Part shown: positions 58,430 through 64,000 of the stretch, one piece after another
Position numbering within the stretch: position 1 is the first letter of the stretch
Layout of the letters: each line of letters begins with the position of its first letter
From: an uncultured Gammaproteobacteria bacterium
GTDB lineage: Bacteria; Patescibacteriota; Microgenomatia; Levybacterales; GWA1-39-11
DNA: 64,000 nt
Direction of reading: 5' to 3'
Assembly: GCA_964409875.1 (NCBI GenBank)
Contig: CAYPEN010000001.1
Location: forward strand, 134,637-198,636
Notes under the pieces: generated by a model
Seen by the model: only the letters and a program-made list of their open reading frames with translations
The model's database searches: none
Told to the model about the DNA's origin: nothing
Program-made: the position numbers and the translations under genes

Positions 58430-58562
58430 CTGCATCAAGAGAGTTTCAAGAAATTGAAACCGGCAACCGTAAATTTTTCGGTGCCAAAGCGAGAGCAGAT
58501 GCGTCCTGAGCAAGTCGAAGGAAAAAATGTCTATAAGACCTCTCGCTTTCGGGAGGTTTTTT
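58430..58562 (+). ncRNA. SAM riboswitch (SAM-I clan, probably a SAM-I/IV-type variant)
   Basis: P1 gcatc/gatgc, core atcaagag, P2 gtttcaa/ttgaaac and P3 ggcaacc...ggtgccaa. A downstream hairpin agacctctcg-cttt-cgggaggttt abuts the metK start. Confidence 0.85.
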
Positions 58563-58563
58563 A

Positions 58564-59679
58564 ATGGCAAAAAAGAGTCTTTTTACATCAGAATCAGTAT
58601 GTTCAGGGCATCCTGACAAAATTTGCGACAGGATAAGTGATTCTATTGTGGATGCTGCTATGTCAGAGGACCCGCATTCGAGGTGTGGCATCGAAACAGT
58701 CGCCGGGGCAAACCAGGTCTGCCTTTTCGGAGAGATAAAAACTTCGGCTAAAATCGATTACGAAAAAGTGGTAAGAGATACGATTCTGGAGTTAGGCTAC
58801 ACAGAGCCATCATGGGGTTTTTCAACAGAATCCGCTTTTTCAAATGATATCCATGAGCAGTCGCCTGAGATTGCAATGGGAGTAGACAATGACGGCGCAG
58901 GTGACCAGGGGATGATGTTCGGGTACGCGTGCACGGAAACGCCAGAGCTTATGCCTATCCCAATACGCATGGCACACGCGTTAACCCAACGGATAGATGA
59001 AGTTAGAGCCGGAAAAAAACTTAAATGGTTGCGGCCTGATGGGAAAGCACAAGTAACTGTCAGATATGAGAATGGAAAGCCGGTTGCTGTAGAAAAATTG
59101 GTCGCGGCTGTTGCACATGATGAGAAAGTTGATGCTATTGATGTCAGGACTGGAGTTATAAGAGAAATTTTTGAGCCCGTATTAAAAAGGTATAAGTTGG
59201 ATTTGCCAAAAGAGGGAAACATAACAGTTAACGGGACCGGCCTTTGGCATATTCCCGGTCCCGAGTCTGACGCCGGACTAACAGGCAGAAAAATTGTTGT
59301 TGATACATACGGAGGGTATGCTCGGGTTGGGGGCGGCGCATTTTCAGGAAAAGACCCGACAAAGGTCGATAGAAGCGGCGCGTATGCTGCCCGTTTTATC
59401 GCAAAAAACATTGTGGCTTCAGGCCTTGCTACAAAATGCGAAGTGGGACTTGCCTATGTTATAGGAAAAGCCCGTCCCTTAATGCAAACAATTGAAACAT
59501 TCGGGACGGAGGCGGTAAGCGAGAAAGCGTTACACGCATTTAAAGACAAGTTGATTGATACGTCTGTCAGGGGAATTATCGAGCGGTTGAGTTTGGCAAG
59601 ACCAATATACAAAGCTACCTCCTCATATGGCCACTTTGGACGCGAAGAATTCCCGTGGGAGAAGATAGTAGAGGGGTAA
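58564..59679 (+). CDS. metK: S-adenosylmethionine synthetase
   Basis: FTSESVCSGHPDKICD, GAGDQGMMFGYA and GGGAFSGKDPTKVDRS motifs. Confidence 0.98.
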   Translation: MAKKSLFTSESVCSGHPDKICDRISDSIVDAAMSEDPHSRCGIETVAGANQVCLFGEIKTSAKIDYEKVVRDTILELGYTEPSWGFSTESAFSNDIHEQSPEIAMGVDNDGAGDQGMMFGYACTETPELMPIPIRMAHALTQRIDEVRAGKKLKWLRPDGKAQVTVRYENGKPVAVEKLVAAVAHDEKVDAIDVRTGVIREIFEPVLKRYKLDLPKEGNITVNGTGLWHIPGPESDAGLTGRKIVVDTYGGYARVGGGAFSGKDPTKVDRSGAYAARFIAKNIVASGLATKCEVGLAYVIGKARPLMQTIETFGTEAVSEKALHAFKDKLIDTSVRGIIERLSLARPIYKATSSYGHFGREEFPWEKIVEG

Positions 59680-59964
59680 TGCTACATTTCTACCTGTGAA
59701 TATATCCAAAGCCTTTGCCAATATGATATTTTCTTCTCTTCTGCCAAGAAGAGAAGCAGAAGCTCTCACCGAATGGCACTTTGAACTTTCAAAACCTTAC
59801 TCACTGCACTAAAATGCCTCCCTGCAAAAGCAGGGACCTCTCACCATTCGCATTTTTTAACGTTTGTTCGTTTCGGTTTTTCATGTACAAACTGCCAAAC
59901 CGGTGAATTCAAGAAATATTTAAAAAATGGCAATTTTTAAAGGGAAGTAGTAAAATTCCTCACT

Positions 59965-60681
59965 ATGCATGAACGCTACTTTGAAGGTGTTGAATTTAGG
60001 GACGAACTGCCGTCCAGAGACTTCAGTGAGGAGGAGTTGGAAAAGATCCGGCAACTTTTCCATGAACTTGATATCGAATCAATAGAAGATATCAAAGCGC
60101 CCATTGGGGAATGGAATACACGGTCGGTTTCACTGGAATTTGTCCGTATTTTAAGACAACTGGAGAAAAAAACTGGCCAACTTTTGCCTTTGGATGGCAT
60201 GAATATTTCTTATGTAGAACCAAAGGAGATGCGGCCCCGCTCAATAAACGAGCGTAGGTACCTTGTCGAACAATACGGGGATTACATGAGAGACGGAGGA
60301 GCGGGAGATTGTGAGCGCCTCCCTGGTGGTAGATTTAACATACGCATTGCAGCCGCCGGACGGGAAAATGAGTTGTCACGCACGACTGTTTTGGGGCTTT
60401 TGGGACACGAGTATGGGCATACTTTGGGGGAGCGCATGGAAGAACAGGTACTAGAGGAATTGAAAGCAAACGCCTTTTCCGCTATTGTTTTGTCCGAAGC
60501 GCATATGCTCGATATATCATTGGGCTATGAATTGAGCGAAACACATGACCAATCACGGTATATGCTGGATTACCTTACCGGATTGGGAATTTCAGAGCCT
60601 GCCATCATTTCCCACCTCATCCAAACTCCTTTCATGGGAGTATATCCCGACTCGTATAAAAGGATGATGAAGCAGGCTTAA
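59965..60681 (+). CDS. Hypothetical protein with an HExxH zincin-like motif
   Basis: LGHEYGHTL...EELKANAF. Confidence 0.7.
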   Translation: MHERYFEGVEFRDELPSRDFSEEELEKIRQLFHELDIESIEDIKAPIGEWNTRSVSLEFVRILRQLEKKTGQLLPLDGMNISYVEPKEMRPRSINERRYLVEQYGDYMRDGGAGDCERLPGGRFNIRIAAAGRENELSRTTVLGLLGHEYGHTLGERMEEQVLEELKANAFSAIVLSEAHMLDISLGYELSETHDQSRYMLDYLTGLGISEPAIISHLIQTPFMGVYPDSYKRMMKQA

Positions 60682-60715
60682 TATGTATATATAGAAGTGG
60701 TGATACAATAATGGT

Positions 60716-61036
60716 GTGGAGTTTGAGAAAATATACCAGAAATATATAGCAAAACTTGGCATAAAGACGCCCCAAACATTCAAGGAGGTGGAAGCGGTTT
60801 TTCTTTTGGCCAGAAAAGACTTTTTAAACTACAAAATTTCCGTCGACCAGTTCTCAGCCATTTGCGATGAACTTCATATCTCAATGAGAAACAAAATTGA
60901 CCTTTTGACTACGCATCTTGAGTCAGTTCTCATTTCTGGTGCGGAATTATCCTGGTATATCCGCCAACGCCCGAAGGAAGATGCCATGCAATTGAATTAT
61001 TTTCTTCAATACATCCACGATTATAAAAAGAAATAG
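60716..61036 (+). CDS. Hypothetical protein
   Basis: 106-aa ORF with a GTG start preceded by TACAAT. Confidence 0.6.
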   Translation: MEFEKIYQKYIAKLGIKTPQTFKEVEAVFLLARKDFLNYKISVDQFSAICDELHISMRNKIDLLTTHLESVLISGAELSWYIRQRPKEDAMQLNYFLQYIHDYKKK

Positions 61037-61037
61037 C

Positions 61038-61085
61038 CCAGGCTCAAAAAGGCTTGAAAAGTATCCTATATTCGGTTACAATCCG
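61038..61085 (+). promoter_or_regulatory. Repeated sigma70-type promoter, copy 1
   Basis: TTGAAA (61054)-N17-TACAAT (61077). It matches 61789-61836 at 46 of 48 nt. Confidence 0.85.
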
Positions 61086-61088
61086 AGT

Positions 61089-61784
61089 ATGGAACGGGAG
61101 AAAACTCTTGGTGTCCTGGGAGGATTGGGACCGGAGACAACGAGCCATTTTAATTTGGAGGTTACTAATAAGTATAAAGCGTATGATGCGTCAAAACGCC
61201 CACAGATACTGTCTTGGTATACCGGAATGGACCATCAATTAGAGGAAGATTTTGTCGAACGGGGTCTGCGTGGTGAAGAGTATATTCCATACCTTGTTGA
61301 CGGAGCCAGAAGGCTTGAAGCGGGAGGAGCAGATTTTATCGCTATTCCATGTAATACGGTTCATGTTTTCATCGATGACATCAGGAGTTCTGTATCTATT
61401 CCGGTACTTAGCATTATTGAAGAATCGGAAAAATATTTACAAGAACACAATATTAATGCAGTAGGAATTCTTGCAACTCCAGTTACCGTTTCAAGTAGAC
61501 TTTATCATGAGCGATTAGAAGAAAATGGAATAGAGGTAGTGAATCCTACCAATCAAGAGCAAGAGGTGCTTGGACAGATAATATCACGGTTGGTAAACTC
61601 GAAAGCAACGGAGAGTGACAGAGAGTTTGTCGAAGGTGTTATTAATAATTTGTTAAAAACACAAGTAAGTGATATATTGCTCGCTTGTACGGATTTCCAA
61701 TTAATAATAAAAAAGCGGGAAAATATACATGATACCATGGATATTCTTGCGCAAAGTGCAGCACAAAAACTAGCGGAGAAATAA
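61089..61784 (+). CDS. Aspartate/glutamate racemase family protein
   Basis: LGVLGGLGPETT, IAIPCNTVH and LACTD, giving both catalytic Cys. Confidence 0.92.
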   Translation: MEREKTLGVLGGLGPETTSHFNLEVTNKYKAYDASKRPQILSWYTGMDHQLEEDFVERGLRGEEYIPYLVDGARRLEAGGADFIAIPCNTVHVFIDDIRSSVSIPVLSIIEESEKYLQEHNINAVGILATPVTVSSRLYHERLEENGIEVVNPTNQEQEVLGQIISRLVNSKATESDREFVEGVINNLLKTQVSDILLACTDFQLIIKKRENIHDTMDILAQSAAQKLAEK

Positions 61785-61788
61785 GCCA

Positions 61789-61836
61789 CCAGGCTAAAAA
61801 AGGTTTGAAAAGTATCCTATATTCGGTTACAATCCG
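61789..61836 (+). promoter_or_regulatory. Repeated sigma70-type promoter, copy 2
   Basis: TTGAAA (61805)-N17-TACAAT (61828). Confidence 0.85.
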
Positions 61837-61841
61837 GCGGT

Positions 61842-62555
61842 ATGGAAAATAGACCGTACAACGAACATCTTTCAGTAATTCCATTTAAGGATGCTGTTGT
61901 TCCGCTTGAAGTAGGTTTGGATCTTCTTGCTAAAAAATCAGTTACAGCTATTTCTCAAAATCTTGATCTTTGCAAGCCGTATTTTTATCCCGACTATGAT
62001 CAGGAGAGTTTTGATGCAATAATTTCGGAGGCGAAGGGCGAATATTCTACATTTAGAGGTGGTTTTGGTTTTACAGAGGAGAATATTGCCTATATTTACT
62101 CACATATGGGCGATGTGCAGTATGAATCTGTTATTGACAATATTTTGGAAAATTACGTAGCACCTACTATTTGGAAGACCTTTCCCAATGTTAACCCAAA
62201 TAGCATAGGGTTAGGAATGATACTTGACGTTGTGCGGCTGATAAATCCGGAAATTGCATCATTTAGAGAAGGAATAGGAGTTTTAGCAAAGAGCATGAAA
62301 AAGAGGAACGGTTACTTACTCAATAATATGGAGCTGGGTATCATGGTAGGAGAGGTGGTAAGGAAAGAGAATACGGATTCTCTACCATTCGATATTTTTG
62401 CAGATTCGATGGGAGCAGCTCAGTTGGCAGCAAACTATATATCGCATTTAAATGAAGCAGAGCTAAGAGACTTTAGAATCGGTACCCGTTTTGATGGGGT
62501 AGAATGGCAGAAAATGATTCAGGGATTCTCTCCTGACACATACCATTCTCAATAA
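61842..62555 (+). CDS. Hypothetical protein (paralog A)
   Basis: 237-aa ORF. It aligns by eye with the next gene (LDVVRLINPEIASF versus LDMLRLISPDVATF). Confidence 0.8.
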   Translation: MENRPYNEHLSVIPFKDAVVPLEVGLDLLAKKSVTAISQNLDLCKPYFYPDYDQESFDAIISEAKGEYSTFRGGFGFTEENIAYIYSHMGDVQYESVIDNILENYVAPTIWKTFPNVNPNSIGLGMILDVVRLINPEIASFREGIGVLAKSMKKRNGYLLNNMELGIMVGEVVRKENTDSLPFDIFADSMGAAQLAANYISHLNEAELRDFRIGTRFDGVEWQKMIQGFSPDTYHSQ

Positions 62556-62625
62556 TTGGTTTTGTGAAGAGCTTGCCATTTTTGCTAAATAATATGTAAC
62601 ATGTATGTCTCAGCCTCAAGTGGAG

Positions 62626-62656
62626 TTGAAAAGTATCCTATATTGTGGTAAAATCC
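62626..62656 (+). promoter_or_regulatory. Repeated promoter, copy 3 (diverged)
   Basis: ttgaaaagtatcctatatt is identical over 19 nt, followed by gtgg-TAAAAT-cc. Confidence 0.8.
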
Positions 62657-62662
62657 AGTTTT

Positions 62663-63367
62663 ATGGAAAGCTTGCGAGGCTACGAAGCATTAACCACACT
62701 TCCTTTTAGAGAGATTGCAATACCTGAGGAGGAAGCATTGCCGAAATTGAACGGAAAATTTCAGGAAGTTGTTTCTCAGAGCGTTGACATTTTTATCCCC
62801 ATGATTGGTCCCGAAACTCCTCATTATGAGGCTGTCGTTGAGCATTATAAGCAATTCGTTGAAAAGGCAAAGGAAGTTACGACCGTAGGTCTTGGTATGG
62901 GGGACGTTGATGTCGAAAAAATATATCAGGAATGGGGTAATAATACTTATCTTGATAACATGATAAGAGTTGTACGCCATGTCGGCATGGAGTCGAGAAC
63001 GAAAACTCCCGAAGGAGCAGATAATCCCGCATCGGGAAGAATTGGATTTTTTCTTGATATGCTGCGGCTTATATCCCCAGATGTTGCAACTTTTGACAAT
63101 GGGGTAAAAGTATTTGCAAGTGCCATGAGAAGAACCGGTTATATACTGGAGCCCTTTGCATTGGGAGCAATGGTAGATGATGTAATTCTCAGAAAGGGGA
63201 CAGCTGATTTTCCGTATGATTTTTATTCAGACAGCAAGGGTGCGGCAATATTTGCTGCGAGCTACATCCATCACGCAACGACCGCCGAAAGAATGGCATT
63301 TCAGCAGGGTCTTGATATAACCTTGGAAGAATTACAAAGGCTTACGACCGGCCAATCTACGAATTAG
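62663..63367 (+). CDS. Hypothetical protein (paralog B)
   Basis: The ATG at 62663 follows the repeated promoter. FPYDFYSDSKGAAIFAASYIHH matches LPFDIFADSMGAAQLAANYISH in paralog A. Confidence 0.8.
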   Translation: MESLRGYEALTTLPFREIAIPEEEALPKLNGKFQEVVSQSVDIFIPMIGPETPHYEAVVEHYKQFVEKAKEVTTVGLGMGDVDVEKIYQEWGNNTYLDNMIRVVRHVGMESRTKTPEGADNPASGRIGFFLDMLRLISPDVATFDNGVKVFASAMRRTGYILEPFALGAMVDDVILRKGTADFPYDFYSDSKGAAIFAASYIHHATTAERMAFQQGLDITLEELQRLTTGQSTN

Positions 63368-63394
63368 AATTTTTGTTACTTTTAAAAACCGCTT

Positions 63395-63895
63395 ATGGAA
63401 CCAAGACGAGAGCGAGAGTTATCACAAATTCATATAGAGCAATTGGTACGCGACCAATGGAAAGTTTATGAAGGGTTGAGGCATGAGATGCTCCAAACCG
63501 ACCCTAACGCATTTCCCCCTCAGGCATTTGCCGATCTTCAAGCTCCCGAGGAGAAATGGAGAAAAAATATAGAACGTGGAATTATTTTGGTGGCATTTGA
63601 CCTCAATCGCCCGGCCGGCATGGTAAGAGGTGTTATTGAGGGGGATAAGGCCATAGCGCGCAATATGTACACCAGGCTTACCCATAGAGGCCAAGGAGTT
63701 GGAAGAAGGCTGATGGAAGAGCTTATTGTTAGGTGTAGTGGCATGGGAGTAGGACTCATGGAACTTGAGGTTGAGAATACGCAAACAGCAGCGTTATCCA
63801 TGTACCAAAGTTTTGGATTTGTCGAGACAGGACGGTTAACTGAAGCGGACCACTTCATGATAACAATGCAAAAGCCTCTCAAGCTTGAAAAATAG
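63395..63895 (+). CDS. GNAT family N-acetyltransferase
   Basis: HRGQGVGRRLM acetyl-CoA motif and LEV...AALSMYQSFGF. Confidence 0.92.
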   Translation: MEPRRERELSQIHIEQLVRDQWKVYEGLRHEMLQTDPNAFPPQAFADLQAPEEKWRKNIERGIILVAFDLNRPAGMVRGVIEGDKAIARNMYTRLTHRGQGVGRRLMEELIVRCSGMGVGLMELEVENTQTAALSMYQSFGFVETGRLTEADHFMITMQKPLKLEK

Positions 63896-63928
63896 ATTTC
63901 AGGCACAAAAAATAGTACAATACTTCGC

Positions 63929-64000
63929 ATGACAATAGGAAAGGAGACACACTATTTTGGCGGGCTTATTCACGGTGCGTGGGAAGACCTTCCGTCAGGA
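63929..64000 (+). CDS. Start of a gene running off the window
   Basis: TACAAT-N7-ATG, then MTIGKETHYFGGLIHGAWEDLPSG, open to the window end. Confidence 0.5.
   Translation, partial: MTIGKETHYFGGLIHGAWEDLPSG

Noticed and set aside
61038-62656. Integron attC sites
   Set aside because: The repeats lack the RYYYAAC/GTTRRRY palindromic structure, read as sigma70 promoters, and no integrase is visible.
1-64000. tRNA, rRNA, transposase or prophage genes
   Set aside because: No cloverleaf/T-loop consensus, rRNA-like tract, or transposase, integrase or phage structural motifs were recognised by eye. A tRNAscan/Infernal run would be needed to exclude them formally.

Overview
This window looks like chromosomal DNA of a low-GC (roughly 40% by eye) bacterium, probably Patescibacteria/CPR (Microgenomates-like). 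That call is an inference from the short EF-Ts, the many single-anchor surface proteins and the apparently leaderless genes. Contents include a minus-strand surface/pilin-like gene cluster, rpsB-tsf-rseP-frr-recR, purB/purN/purD, two GH63-like and one GH15-like glycoside hydrolases, a Mg2+/divalent-cation transport trio, a high-GC ppsA segment and metK behind a SAM-I-clan riboswitch. The most striking feature is a 1817-aa membrane-anchored alpha-2-macroglobulin-like protein. It carries a 129-aa Hint (intein-like) domain at the bait-region position (GGGGG|CF...VHN|E) and has no recognisable CxEQ thioester motif, which makes it a candidate self-processing macroglobulin system. Other oddities are three copies of one promoter driving a cassette-like gene run, a 6x29-bp palindromic tandem repeat, a synonymously diverged duplicate of a gene's 3' end, a candidate -1 frameshift gene and several unannotated small ORFs. 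No rRNA, tRNA, CRISPR array or transposase was recognised. All family calls come from motif recognition, not database searches.
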